NCBI GenBank assembly: GCA_964544755.1
Contig: CAZJDL010000005.1
Location: 1-52,032 of the forward strand
Length of the DNA: 52,032 nt
Reading direction: 5' to 3'
From: an uncultured Pseudomonadales bacterium
GTDB lineage: Bacteria > Pseudomonadota > Gammaproteobacteria > Pseudomonadales > JAUIET01
The first letter of the stretch is position 1, and every line of letters begins with the position of its first letter. This document shows positions 9,647 to 19,896 of this stretch, piece after piece. The notes below the pieces were generated by a model. It ran no database searches. It was not told the origin of the DNA and saw only the letters and a list, made by a program, of their open reading frames with translations. The position numbers and the translations under genes were made by a program.

Positions 9647-10279
9647 CTAGAATTTGAAGCCAAGCCCAACACCCACTATCCAGGCATCCACTTCCAGCTC
9701 GTCATTAAGTGTCGGATCAGCTCCGACATTGACATCCGCTTCAAACGTCAGGTATTTAAGGTCTGCATTCAGCGAAACATTTTCGGTTATGGAGTAATCC
9801 AGTCCGGCGCCAACTACCCAACCAAAAGTGTCGTCCACTTCTACACCCAAGTCATTCAAATGCCCGCTTTCGCTGGAAAAGATATTGTAGTTGAAACCCG
9901 CCGAGACGTAAGGACTAACAGCCGAATCCGGTGAAAAATGATATTGAGCCGATACAATGGGCGGCAGCAGATCAACCGAACCCAGATCTTTGCTTGCAAG
10001 ACCCTGAACCGCTGCGCTGTCAGTCTCAACATTGAAATTCAGGAAAGTAGCCAATACATTCACACCAATATTGTGTGTGACAAAATACGTTGCATCCAAT
10101 GCCACGCTCTCCGTACTATCGATATCCAAGTCTAAAGAACTGGAACTGGCGTCAGTAAAAACCCCGATTACAGTGCTGTGAACCAGAAAATCTCCGGCGT
10201 CCGCCGCTGCTTTTTGCGCAGTGACAACCATAAACAGGCTAGTAAAAGCCGCACTTAGAATCATTTGCTTTTTTTTCAT
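9647..10279 (-). CDS. ompW: OmpW-family outer-membrane protein
   Basis: Signal peptide MKKKQMILSAAFTSLFMVVTAQKAAA, alternating beta-strand pattern and a C-terminal ...VGVGLGFKF typical of OmpW/AlkL. The start is taken at the ATG at 10279 rather than the longer alternative start at 10297. Confidence 0.8.
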   Translation of the reverse strand: MKKKQMILSAAFTSLFMVVTAQKAAADAGDFLVHSTVIGVFTDASSSSLDLDIDSTESVALDATYFVTHNIGVNVLATFLNFNVETDSAAVQGLASKDLGSVDLLPPIVSAQYHFSPDSAVSPYVSAGFNYNIFSSESGHLNDLGVEVDDTFGWVVGAGLDYSITENVSLNADLKYLTFEADVNVGADPTLNDELEVDAWIVGVGLGFKF

Positions 10280-10712
10280 TAAATAAATCCCCGCCAAAAT
10301 ATGTTAGAAAACTTGTTAATAAAAAACCACTATCTCACTATCGAACAATACTCAATGGCCATCATCCACTGCACGATTGTCGTTAAACATGCACCAGCCC
10401 AACCACTGACCCTGGCGCTGATCATATTTTAGACGAAACGTGAGAAAACAAGACGTGAGACCTTCCGAGCACGTTGAGAATAAACGTCTTTTTTGCAAAG
10501 ATCAAACACTTACGTGCGGAACCGCCGTTCGCGTCGCTTTTCGCCTCGAGCGCCGCAAATACAGCTCAATTTTGCAACGATCGGTGCCAAAAACGAGGCG
10601 AACGACCACGAAATAGCCGTGGACTCGGGGGAAAGAATTTTTATTGTTGTTGTGGGTGTTGATCAAGCTCACGGTCGTCCAGCGGGTCACTTAGATCGTT
10701 TTCATAATTTCG

Positions 10713-12377
10713 CTATTTCGATGTTTTTGACTGCAGCGCCTTTTTCCCCGGTAACAGCAAACTAAACACCATGCCCGCTACCACATTCACGACCAGAGAC
10801 AATACCGAGATCCACTGAAAGCTGATCGGATCGACCTTGCCATTCACCGTCTCGACAAAACCAAAGATCGGCCCGGAAAATGCAATCAACAGCGCCACCG
10901 CGGTGCCACAAAACCAGCCGATCCAAACGCCTGCCGGACTCGCCCGTTTGAAAAACAGCGCGAACAGAAACAAACAAAAAATCGGCACCGTCAGCAGATT
11001 GACCGTCTTCTGCGTCACCGCCGTGATATTTCCCTCGATGAGTGTAATCGGCGCACTCAACAGCACCACGATCACACCGATGATCAGCGCCAGCCAACGC
11101 GCCAACACCACCTGCTGGCGTTCGTTTCTCTTTCCCGACCCGAGTCGCTCGACGAAGTCGGTATTGACCACCGCCGTGATCGAGTTGATCCCCGAGTCCA
11201 TGCTCGACATCGCCGCCGCAAACAAACCTGCGGCGACCAGGCCCGAGATCACATTCGGCAAATGATGCCCAATAAAATAGGGGAAAATCTTGTCTGCATT
11301 TTCCTTCATCGAAATGCCGTCCGGCAACAACTCCGGATGAGCCTGAAAATAACCGAGCATGGCAAAACCGGCCAGACCGAGCGTGATCCCAACCACCATG
11401 CCTACGCACAATTGCACCCCGATCGCGATCCTCGCCGCCCGCAAATTCCTGGTCGACATGAAGCGCTGCACCGAGACCTGATCGCCCGCGGACGTCGCCA
11501 CGTACCAGATAATGGTCGAAAGAAAAGTGCCCAGCACGGTGATCCGGGTCGCCGGCGTTTCCGGCCAAACGGTCTGTCGGTCCCAATTGCCATTCCACTC
11601 GGTCGGAAACCAGTCGAAGCCGCGCATATTCCAACTCACCACCGCGATCACAAACGCCGCCCCACCGTACAGCAGAATCGACTGCATCAGATCGGTCACC
11701 ACCACCGCCCGCAAGCCACCCAGCGAAGCGTAGATCAGCGATATCGAACCGGCGACGATGACCACCCACGGAACCCATTTGTCGTCTGCCCCGATGATGG
11801 CGCAAAATGCCTCCGCCGCCACCGTGATCAACAGCGCCATCCACACCAGCCGCAATAGCAGAAACATGGTCGCGCCGAGCAGCCTGACACTGACACCGAG
11901 CCGGTCCTCGAGCATCTCATACGCACTGGTCACCCGCAGTCGCATGTAGACCGGCAACAGCACAAAACCTACAATCAGAAAAATTACCGGATAGGCCAGA
12001 TACTGGAATAAAATCCCCGGCCCCTTACCGAACATCTCCCCCGGCGTCGATAGATAAGTGATCGTGCTCAGCAGCGACGCAAACAGCGACACACCGATCA
12101 ACAACGGATTCATATTTCCCGAGCCGGTGAAATACTCCTTGGTCGAAACCTGCTTGCGCCCAAAAAACCAGCCCAGATACAGCGTCAGCAGAGCATAAAG
12201 CACTACGATGACCCAATCGACCAGGCCAAAACCGACGACCTTTTCGGCACTATCTCCAGCCACAGACGACGTCGCCGCAGCAACCAGTAAGCCCGGAAAC
12301 TCGGTCGTCGCCGCGGCCCAATGACCGGCCAACCCGGCGTCACCCATCTTGATTGCGGTAAAAACTTCCATTATCAT
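10713..12377 (-). CDS. Sodium:solute symporter (SSF) family transporter
   Basis: 554-aa polytopic ORF with STKEYFTGSGNMNPLLIGVSLFASLLSTITYLSTPGE and a layout of about 13 TM segments. The true start may be internal (M11). Confidence 0.8.
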   Translation of the reverse strand: MIMEVFTAIKMGDAGLAGHWAAATTEFPGLLVAAATSSVAGDSAEKVVGFGLVDWVIVVLYALLTLYLGWFFGRKQVSTKEYFTGSGNMNPLLIGVSLFASLLSTITYLSTPGEMFGKGPGILFQYLAYPVIFLIVGFVLLPVYMRLRVTSAYEMLEDRLGVSVRLLGATMFLLLRLVWMALLITVAAEAFCAIIGADDKWVPWVVIVAGSISLIYASLGGLRAVVVTDLMQSILLYGGAAFVIAVVSWNMRGFDWFPTEWNGNWDRQTVWPETPATRITVLGTFLSTIIWYVATSAGDQVSVQRFMSTRNLRAARIAIGVQLCVGMVVGITLGLAGFAMLGYFQAHPELLPDGISMKENADKIFPYFIGHHLPNVISGLVAAGLFAAAMSSMDSGINSITAVVNTDFVERLGSGKRNERQQVVLARWLALIIGVIVVLLSAPITLIEGNITAVTQKTVNLLTVPIFCLFLFALFFKRASPAGVWIGWFCGTAVALLIAFSGPIFGFVETVNGKVDPISFQWISVLSLVVNVVAGMVFSLLLPGKKALQSKTSK

Positions 12378-12563
12378 TTTATTACACGTCGGCTCACCTT
12401 ACCCCCCCCATCAGCAACAGCACGAGCGATTACCATTCCCGCACCGCGAGATCATGGCCACCGCCAGCCCGAATGTCGAGGGATTTTTCGACATTCGGCG
12501 GCTCGCTGATATGTGCAGTTTATTCGTTACAGTGCACTAGATTTGTTTACTGCGAACAATCAA

Positions 12564-12776
12564 CTACTCGACCGTCCGCGCTTTGCTCGCACTGGTCTCG
12601 GCGTTCAGTTCACGCAGGCAGTACACGCACAGGCAGGCATCGTACCGGGTTTCAATGTATTGTTTCGTGGAAGCCGACAGTTTGACCGCCGAGCACTGGC
12701 ACAGCAGAATGCTGCCGACCTTGCACTCGAAGCGTCGCTCGCAGCGCGGGCAGTTCTTGTCTTCATGTCTGGGCAT
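12564..12776 (-). CDS. Cysteine-rich CWC-family small protein
   Basis: 70-aa ORF with CPRCERRFECKVGSILLCQCSAV...CLCVYCL, matching the Cys pattern of the Cys_rich_CWC family. Confidence 0.65.
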   Translation of the reverse strand: MPRHEDKNCPRCERRFECKVGSILLCQCSAVKLSASTKQYIETRYDACLCVYCLRELNAETSASKARTVE

Positions 12777-12819
12777 GAGGACAAAGGCCCGCGTTACCGA
12801 AGTCCGCGGGCCTCGCGCC

Positions 12820-15132
12820 TTATACCAGCTCGGCCTGCCGCAACTCCCGGGCGGCGGCGATCATGTTTTCCAACGATACCTTGGTTTCAGGCCACCCCCT
12901 GGTCTTCAATCCACAATCCGGATTGACCCAAAGGCGCTCGGCCGGAATCACGTCGGCAGCCTTTTTTAGCAGGCTTACCATTTCTTCCTGGCTGGGGACT
13001 CTGGGTGAATGGATGTCGTACACGCCCGGACCAATCTCGTTGGGATATTCGAACCTGGCGAACACGTCGAGCAACTTCATCTGTGAACGGGATGTCTCGA
13101 TAGTGATCACATCCGCATCCAGCTTGGCGATATTTTCGATGATATCGTTGAACTCCGAATAACACATGTGGGTATGGATCTGCGTTTCGTCTTGCACTCC
13201 GGAGGAAGCCAGCTTGAATGCCTCCACCGCCCATTGCAAATAGGTTTCCCAGTCTGCGTGCCGCAAAGGTAACCCCTCTCGCAGGGCGGGTTCGTCGATC
13301 TGGATGATGCGCACGCCCCCCTGTTCCAGATCCCGCACTTCGTCACGGATAGCCCAGGCGATCTGCATGGCGGTATCGCGCCGCGGTTGATCGTCGCGCA
13401 CGAACGACCACTGCAGGATGGTCACGGGACCGGTGAGCATGCCTTTCACCCGCTTTGCCGTCAACGATTGAGCGTATTGCGTCCATTTCACCGTCATCGG
13501 TTCCTTGCGCTCCACGTCTCCGAAAATAATGGGCGGTTTAACGCAGCGCGAACCGTAACTCTGAACCCAGCCGTTTTGAGTGATCGCGCAGCCCTGCAAC
13601 ATCTCGCCGAAGTACTGCACCATGTCGTTGCGTTCGAACTCCCCGTGGACCAGAATATCCACGCCAATCTGTTCTTGCCAGTGGATGGCCTCTTCGATAC
13701 GTTTTTTGATGTCCGCCTCGTATTCCTCCATACGCAGTTGCCCTTTTCTCAGACGCGTCCTGAGTTGACGCACCTCCGCCGTTTGCGGGAGCGAACCGAT
13801 GGTGGTGGTGGGGAACAGCGGCAGCGAGAGGGCGTTGCGCTGGTCGCGCTGACGCTCCTGGAAAGCGCTGGCACGGCGGGTGTCTTCCACGCTGGTCGAG
13901 CGAACACGATCCTTGATATGCGGCTTGTGGATCAACGCGGCTTGAGCACGGCTTTCGATGTCTTTGATGTTGTCGGCCAATTGCGTGCTAACCGAGCCGC
14001 GGGCGTCGGACCCGGCCATGTCTCTGACGTGTCTGAGTTCCTCCAGCTTTTGTTTGGCGAACACGAGCCAGCGTTTTATCGCGCCAGGCAAGGCGATTTC
14101 ATTATCTTCCTCGGCCAGGTCGCAGGGAACATGTAACAGCGAACATGAGGCCGCAATCATAATCCGCGCGGCGCCGATGCGCACAACGGCCTCACCGATC
14201 AATGCAAGCGACTTGGTGTAATCGTTTTTCCAGATGTTGCGCCCATCGACGATGCCCATGGACAAGGACACGGATTCCGGTAGCAGCCGCAATACGGCGC
14301 CGAGCTGATCCGGCGCGCGCACCAGATCGATATGCAAGGCGTGCACGGGTAAACTGACAGCCAGCTCGACGTTTTCCTGCAGGCCACCGAAGTAGGTCGT
14401 AAGGATTAATCTTAGCTCGGGTACGGCTTCACGCAGCGTCGCATAGGCGCTTTGGTAGGCGGCCCGAGAGGCTTCATCGAGATCCATGACGAGGTACGGC
14501 TCATCCAGTTGCACGTCGCGCGCGCCGGCGTCTTTAAGCGCCCGCAACAGTTGCACGTAGGCGGGCATCAATCGATCGAGTAGCTCAATACGGTGAAATC
14601 CTGCTTGCTTTTCCTTGCCCAGCAGCAGAAAACTCACCGGCCCGATCAACACCGGTTTCGGCGTTACGCCTTGTGCTTGCGCCTCCTTGAATTCTTCTAT
14701 GACTTTGCGGGACGTGAATTCGAAGGTCTGCTCGCGCGTGAACTCGGGGACAATGTAATGATAATTAGTATCGAACCATTTGGTCATCTCCATGGCGATG
14801 ACATCGTGCCCGTCACGCTGATAACCCCGCGCCATGGCGAAATAGCGATCCAATTCGCTCATCTCCAGCTGCTCTGCAAGCGCGGCGTAACGAGCAGGGA
14901 TCGCCCCCAGCGCACACGACATGTCCAGCACTTGGTCATAGAATGAAAAGTCATTACAGGGAATCAAGTCGATACCGGCTTCGCGCTGTATGCGCCAGTG
15001 CGCCTCGCGGATCTTCGCGCCGGCGTCCAGTAATTGGTGCTGATCAATCTGCCCCGACCAGTATTTCTCGCAAGCCTTCTTCAGTTCTCGGTTGCTACCA
15101 ATACGCGGGTAGCCGAGGTTGTGTATCAACAT
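12820..15132 (-). CDS. metE: Cobalamin-independent methionine synthase (5-methyltetrahydropteroyltriglutamate--homocysteine S-methyltransferase)
   Basis: Full-length match to the MetE architecture (LGYPRIGSNRELKKA..., C-terminal zinc-site region HMCYSEFNDI and NPDCGLKTRGW). The start is set at the second ATG (15132), which has better spacing from AAGGAAG. ATG 15138 is an alternative, and the 805-aa extension is unlikely. Confidence 0.92.
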   Translation of the reverse strand: MLIHNLGYPRIGSNRELKKACEKYWSGQIDQHQLLDAGAKIREAHWRIQREAGIDLIPCNDFSFYDQVLDMSCALGAIPARYAALAEQLEMSELDRYFAMARGYQRDGHDVIAMEMTKWFDTNYHYIVPEFTREQTFEFTSRKVIEEFKEAQAQGVTPKPVLIGPVSFLLLGKEKQAGFHRIELLDRLMPAYVQLLRALKDAGARDVQLDEPYLVMDLDEASRAAYQSAYATLREAVPELRLILTTYFGGLQENVELAVSLPVHALHIDLVRAPDQLGAVLRLLPESVSLSMGIVDGRNIWKNDYTKSLALIGEAVVRIGAARIMIAASCSLLHVPCDLAEEDNEIALPGAIKRWLVFAKQKLEELRHVRDMAGSDARGSVSTQLADNIKDIESRAQAALIHKPHIKDRVRSTSVEDTRRASAFQERQRDQRNALSLPLFPTTTIGSLPQTAEVRQLRTRLRKGQLRMEEYEADIKKRIEEAIHWQEQIGVDILVHGEFERNDMVQYFGEMLQGCAITQNGWVQSYGSRCVKPPIIFGDVERKEPMTVKWTQYAQSLTAKRVKGMLTGPVTILQWSFVRDDQPRRDTAMQIAWAIRDEVRDLEQGGVRIIQIDEPALREGLPLRHADWETYLQWAVEAFKLASSGVQDETQIHTHMCYSEFNDIIENIAKLDADVITIETSRSQMKLLDVFARFEYPNEIGPGVYDIHSPRVPSQEEMVSLLKKAADVIPAERLWVNPDCGLKTRGWPETKVSLENMIAAARELRQAELV

Positions 15133-15319
15133 AGCCATCTTCCTTAAATGTATAAATGTATAAATGTATAAGTGATGCGCTACGAGGCGAGACGGGGCGA
15201 GACAAGAAAGGCAGGAGGCGCGTCTGTCATAACGCACATATAGCGCGCAGCGGACACACGTGTACGGATGGCCATATCGTGTCTAACCGATCGCCTCGAT
15301 TCGCGGAAGCATCGTTACT

Positions 15320-15492
15320 ACGGACAAGGTAGGTCTCCTGGCTCGTAACGGCGGATTGCCGCCCTTCCCAGCCGTGGTACCGGCCAGTGGGCGTGATATG
15401 GCAATCGCCTTCGCGTTACATACAGTTGCGCGTCAGCTCGTGATTCTCACACGATTCCCTGTTACTTCGCGGTTAAGCGAAACCTTGTCAGG
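15320..15492 (-). promoter_or_regulatory. Cobalamin (B12) riboswitch in the metE leader
   Basis: The minus strand contains AGGGAAUCGUGUGAGAAUCACGAGCUGACGCGCAACUGUA, CCACUGG...GGGAAGGGC and the B12 box AGCCAGGAGACCUACC (plus strand 15328-15343). P1 is formed by ACAAGGU (15482-15488) pairing with ACCUUGU (15324-15330). Confidence 0.88.
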
Positions 15493-15805
15493 GACGCGGA
15501 GTCTACAAGGTTGATTTGCTGAATTCAACTATTGAAGCAATAGGACATTGACTTATTCTCGAGCCGGGATTTTCAGTAAATGATCAGCCGAGAGCGGGTG
15601 AGCGTCCAAGGTTATCATACGCCTGCCGTGCGGTCTTTCGGTTCGATTTGCACAATGGTGATTGACTTTGGATAGTGTAGCTGCCGGTCGGCAATTAGCT
15701 GGATGCTCGCCGCGCTAGCACCCACGGCTCAGGCAATGTAAGCGAGCATAATCCATAGCAATGAGGTGGTTTTTTAAAGGCATGGGCGAATCTCTATGCC
15801 GCTAT

Positions 15806-17530
15806 TTACTGCTGCGCCATCACCGCTTCAAGTGATTCCTGGTGCCGCTCAATCAGCGTCGCCAACGAATCCTGGGCGCGCTGTGCGGCCTTTGAGAACG
15901 CTTCTGTGGCGTCGACCTGCTCTACGACTTCATAGTAACACTTCACTTTGGGTTCCGTACCGGAGGCGCGCACGATAACCCGCCCGCCTCCCGCCAGGCG
16001 GTAAATCAGTACATCACTGCTCGAAAGTTCAAGGCTTTCGACACGCCCGTCAGCGAACCGACGCTTGCCGGATTGTAGATCTTCAATAGCTTCGACGGCA
16101 ATCCCTGCAATAGCTGAAGGTTGCCTCAAGCGCAAAGCCGCGCCTATTGATGGGCCGCCCGCTTGCGTCGCAATGCTTCTTTGTCGGGTTGCATACAATC
16201 CATAGCGTCGATACAGCAACTCTAATTGATCCAGCACCGTTTTACCTTCGGCTGCCAGTTGCGCGGTCATCTGCGCAAACGCCAACAACGCTGATAGCCC
16301 ATCTTTGTCGCGAACCTGGCGACCGACTGCATAGCCTAGCGCTTCCTCGTATGCGAAAAGAAATTTGCGCGCGCCGTTCTCGTTGTCCATTGCCACATTC
16401 GCCAACCATTTGAAGCCGGTCAAGGTCTCGAAAAATACCGCGCCTGAAGCTTCGGCAATGGCTTTAAGCATGCTCGACGATACGATAGTGGTGCATACGA
16501 TAGGGGTAAATTCATGGGTCTTCTGTAATAAATAGTGGCCCAATAGCACGCCAAGCTGATCGCCGCTTAACATCTGGTAGTCACCGTCGTTAGCGCGCAC
16601 CGCCACCGCCAGGCGATCGGCATCGGGATCGTTTGCACAAGCGAGACTGGCGCCCTTTTCCTTTGCCAGCGCAACCACCGCGTCCATCGCACCGGGCTCC
16701 TCCGGATTCGGAAAACTTACGGTCGGGAAATTACCGTCCGGTTCACGCTGTGCTGCGACGGAAAAAAATCGGCTAACTCCCGCTTGCCGCAACAACGATT
16801 CAGCGATATTTGCGCCAACACCATGCATCGCCGTGTACGCAATACTGACTGCGTCGGGGTCAATGGCGTACTGGAACAAGTAGCAGCCGGTGATCGCCGT
16901 ACAGTAGCTGTCGATGAAGTCGTGGTCGAGTACCGCAATCTGCCCTTCCCGCACGGCTTCGTCAAAATCCTTCCAGGGTATTTTCTGGGTCGCCGCTAGT
17001 TCAATCGCGGCGGCTATCCCAACATCGTGTGGCGCAATGATCTGGGCGCCGTTGTCCCAGTAAACCTTGTAGCCATTATACTGAGGGGGGTTGTGGCTAG
17101 CGGTCACAACGACACCCGCCGCGGCGCCCAAATGGACGACGCCGAACGCCCCTGCCGGGGTGGGCGCGACGCCTGCCGTGATATAGACCTTGAACCCGAG
17201 CGCCGAAAACACGCTGGCGGCATCTTGCGCAAACTGGTGCGAATCGAGACGGCCATCGTAGGTAAGCACAATGCCGCGTGCGGCAGCGCCGGTCATTGTC
17301 GCGAGCAGATACCTGCCCAAACCCGCAGAGGTCTCGCGTACGACCAGGCGGTTCATGCGTGCCGGCCCGGCACCTACAACCCCGCGTAAGCCGGCGGTGC
17401 CAAACTCAAGTCGGCCGTCGAATCTGCGCGCAATTTCGTCTGTGTCGTCTAGCTCTTCCAGCCTCTCAAGTTCGGCGCGGGTTTTCGGGTCAGGGTCTCT
17501 TTGCAACCATGCTTGCAGTTTATTCATCAT
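15806..17530 (-). CDS. Phospho-sugar mutase (alpha-D-phosphohexomutase family, PGM/PMM type)
   Basis: 574-aa ORF with the active-site loop VTASHNPPQYNGYKVY, the metal loop ANDPDADR and the sugar loop EEALGY. Confidence 0.88.
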   Translation of the reverse strand: MMNKLQAWLQRDPDPKTRAELERLEELDDTDEIARRFDGRLEFGTAGLRGVVGAGPARMNRLVVRETSAGLGRYLLATMTGAAARGIVLTYDGRLDSHQFAQDAASVFSALGFKVYITAGVAPTPAGAFGVVHLGAAAGVVVTASHNPPQYNGYKVYWDNGAQIIAPHDVGIAAAIELAATQKIPWKDFDEAVREGQIAVLDHDFIDSYCTAITGCYLFQYAIDPDAVSIAYTAMHGVGANIAESLLRQAGVSRFFSVAAQREPDGNFPTVSFPNPEEPGAMDAVVALAKEKGASLACANDPDADRLAVAVRANDGDYQMLSGDQLGVLLGHYLLQKTHEFTPIVCTTIVSSSMLKAIAEASGAVFFETLTGFKWLANVAMDNENGARKFLFAYEEALGYAVGRQVRDKDGLSALLAFAQMTAQLAAEGKTVLDQLELLYRRYGLYATRQRSIATQAGGPSIGAALRLRQPSAIAGIAVEAIEDLQSGKRRFADGRVESLELSSSDVLIYRLAGGGRVIVRASGTEPKVKCYYEVVEQVDATEAFSKAAQRAQDSLATLIERHQESLEAVMAQQ

Positions 17531-17902
17531 TTTCGCTACCTCAAAGAGAAGCTTGCTTTAACTCAAACCCGTTACCGGTACAAGCGCGCCGTGCATTGCT
17601 TACGCCAGAACGCCCCTGCCACCAGTGATTGCACTTTTTTGCCCGTGAGTTGCCTGACGACTGCTTTAACTGGGGCGTTTGCGCCAATCATGCTGCAGAC
17701 AAGCACGCCACCGCAAGCTCAAAATACACGTCAGCGCGAAATTTATTGCCAGGCGAGGCGCTTTGACCACTCGACGGTATTACTGAACCGAAACTGAACC
17801 GCCTATGTGACTTTTTGCATGGCTGTCAAAAACCCGGTTAAGACTTTGTTCAGCTTTAAGGTGCTTAAATTCAATGACACGGATTTATTGGAGCAAGCCG
17901 TC

Positions 17903-18700
17903 ATGAACGTTAACAAATACAAAACTGCCCGTAACAAATTTATTCCGCTGCTAACGACTTTTGTTTTGGCCTTCGGCGGCGCGCATGCAACTCTGGCAGA
18001 ATCGGAAACAAAAGAGAATTCGGAACAGATTTCAATAAGCACCTTCCGCGCGCCAGGTGAAGAAGAAAGCACGACCAAAACCATGCGCAAGCAGCTGGAT
18101 GAAACGACGAAAACCAAAAGAGAAGTAGCTAAGGAAAAGCAAGACCCGACCCAACAAAACTTACAGAAGCACGACGGCAATGTATGGGTATATTCGGCGG
18201 CCGTTAGCCTGAGCACTGACTTCGATAGCGACGGCTACTATACGCGTATCAGCCTCGATTTTGATGTGGACACGGATTATTTACGCACCGATGTTTATGC
18301 GCGACTCTTTTTAAGTCTTGAGCAAGGCCCGTGGATAGAATACGCGGTCACGGATAATTTCACAGTGACCGCATCAACTGACGCCGACTCGTACTATGTA
18401 GATACTGACTTGCTAGAGGGGTTTCCACCGGGCTACTATGATCTCAAGATTGAAGTTTATGATGCAATAGATGACTATCTTGTAGCGAGTTATGGGCCAG
18501 CGGAATCGGCCGAAGTCACTTTGCTACCGCTGGAGGATGAACTTGCTGACAGTACATTTGTGAACGAACCTGCAGGCGTATTGACGGTCAGCGACAGCGG
18601 TGGCGGTGGCAGTGTCGGTGGCGTGACTTTGCTGGCGCTGTTGTTGCTCTCAGCATTGCAGCTTGTTGCGAGAAAGGTAGTCACCGTCAGGAAGGTGTGA
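17903..18700 (+). CDS. Secreted acidic protein with GlyGly-CTERM-like sorting tail
   Basis: Signal peptide MNVNKYKTARNKFIPLLTTFVLAFGGAHA, with GGAG 9 nt upstream of the ATG at 17903. The domain is rich in D, Y and T. The C-terminus SDSGGGGSVGGVTLLALLLLSALQLVARKVVTVRKV has a Gly run, a hydrophobic helix and a basic tail. Confidence 0.65.
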   Translation: MNVNKYKTARNKFIPLLTTFVLAFGGAHATLAESETKENSEQISISTFRAPGEEESTTKTMRKQLDETTKTKREVAKEKQDPTQQNLQKHDGNVWVYSAAVSLSTDFDSDGYYTRISLDFDVDTDYLRTDVYARLFLSLEQGPWIEYAVTDNFTVTASTDADSYYVDTDLLEGFPPGYYDLKIEVYDAIDDYLVASYGPAESAEVTLLPLEDELADSTFVNEPAGVLTVSDSGGGGSVGGVTLLALLLLSALQLVARKVVTVRKV

Positions 18701-18740
18701 CTATTGCCCTGCAGCATCACGGCACACGGCGCCAACATCA

Positions 18741-19334
18741 CTACAGGAACAGCACCGGATAAAGTGACACCACGAGCAATAACGCCATGCCTACATTAAA
18801 CCTCCGCAGCCGAACCGGGTCGGTCAGTACGCGACGCATCTGCCGACCCAGAATGGTCCACGTGCTGACCGAAGGCAGGTTAATGACACCAAATACAAGG
18901 GCAACCAGAGCGATTTTATCCAATGTTTGTGACGGCGAATAAACACTCGTGGCTGTCAGCGCCATGGCCCAGGCCTTGGGGTTGACCCACTGAAAAAGCG
19001 CCGCCTGGATAAAAGTGATCGGGGTGCCGGCGTGTTGAGCCTCTGCGGGAGGCGCGGCATTCGCGATTTTCCACGCCAGGTACAAAAGATAGCTGACGCT
19101 TAGCACTTTTAAAATGTCATGACTGACTGGATGGGTGTCAAATACGCGCAGCAAACCCGCGCCGACGACCATCACCATAAACACAAAGCCAAATCCTACG
19201 CCGAGCATGTGCGGGATGGTGCGGCGAAACCCGAAGTTGACGCCTGACGCCATCAACATGAGATTGTTGGGGCCCGGCGTTATCGAAGTGACGAACGCGA
19301 ATGTAACGAGCCCGGCAAGCAATTCGTATGACAT
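18741..19334 (-). CDS. LysE/RhtB-family amino-acid exporter
   Basis: 197-aa ORF with an N-terminal FAFVTSITPGPNNLMLMASGVNFG and a 6-TM pattern. Confidence 0.85.
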   Translation of the reverse strand: MSYELLAGLVTFAFVTSITPGPNNLMLMASGVNFGFRRTIPHMLGVGFGFVFMVMVVGAGLLRVFDTHPVSHDILKVLSVSYLLYLAWKIANAAPPAEAQHAGTPITFIQAALFQWVNPKAWAMALTATSVYSPSQTLDKIALVALVFGVINLPSVSTWTILGRQMRRVLTDPVRLRRFNVGMALLLVVSLYPVLFL

Positions 19335-19406
19335 AGAGCAACTATATACGAATGCAACACGAATTAGCTTGCGTTATGATGATGCACTTCACTAATATAG
19401 CAATTA

Positions 19407-19859
19407 ATGACTAGCGTAGATCGAATAAGCGGCCAAATATTGCAAGAGCTTACCAATGATGGGCGCGTCAGTAATATCGAGCTGGCCGGGCGTGTGGGGT
19501 TGTCACCGTCTGCCTGCCTGCGACGCGTACAGGAACTGGAGCGCAGCGGCGTTATCAAGGGCTATCGAGCCATACTCGACCCGGCGGCAATGGGAGTCGG
19601 TTTTACGGCCTATGTTGCGGTCGGCCTGTCGGAACATTCGAAGGCATCGCAGCAAGCGTTCGAGCGCGCCATCTCACGGGCGCCCGAGGTTAAGGAATGC
19701 CATAACATCACAGGTGCCGTTGAGTATCTGCTACGGGTAGAGGTTTCTGACTTGGTCGCCTACAAAGTGTTACACACCGACGTGCTTGGTACCCTCCCAC
19801 AAGTCAATTCAATCATTTCCTACGTCGTGATGGGTTCTCCGAAGGATGAACGGGCCTGA
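19407..19859 (+). CDS. Lrp/AsnC-family transcriptional regulator
   Basis: 150-aa ORF with an HTH (ILQELTNDGRVSNIELAGRVGLSPSACLRRVQELERSGVIKGY) and an RAM domain. It is divergent from the LysE exporter gene. Confidence 0.88.
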   Translation: MTSVDRISGQILQELTNDGRVSNIELAGRVGLSPSACLRRVQELERSGVIKGYRAILDPAAMGVGFTAYVAVGLSEHSKASQQAFERAISRAPEVKECHNITGAVEYLLRVEVSDLVAYKVLHTDVLGTLPQVNSIISYVVMGSPKDERA

Positions 19860-19896
19860 ATCGCTTGGAACCGGCTCGGCTCGACTAAAGTACGCT

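Noticed and set aside
10762-11844. 360-aa ORF on the minus strand inside the SSF transporter gene. Similar long alternative-frame or antisense ORFs occur at 11262-11858, 13387-14136, 31028-31717, 45864-46346 and 50388-50963.
   Set aside because: All of them lie entirely inside confidently recognised genes (SSF transporter, metE, gamma-lyase, thrS, uvrB). Their products are Arg/Gly/Pro/His-rich low-complexity strings typical of off-frame translation of GC-rich coding DNA, and no family motifs are present.
12471-12496. 9-bp-stem hairpin GAATGTCGA-GGGATTTT-TCGACATTC between the CWC gene and the SSF transporter gene.
   Set aside because: No U-tract follows on either strand, so it is not a canonical intrinsic terminator. 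It is a single occurrence with no supporting context, so I did not call it as a feature.
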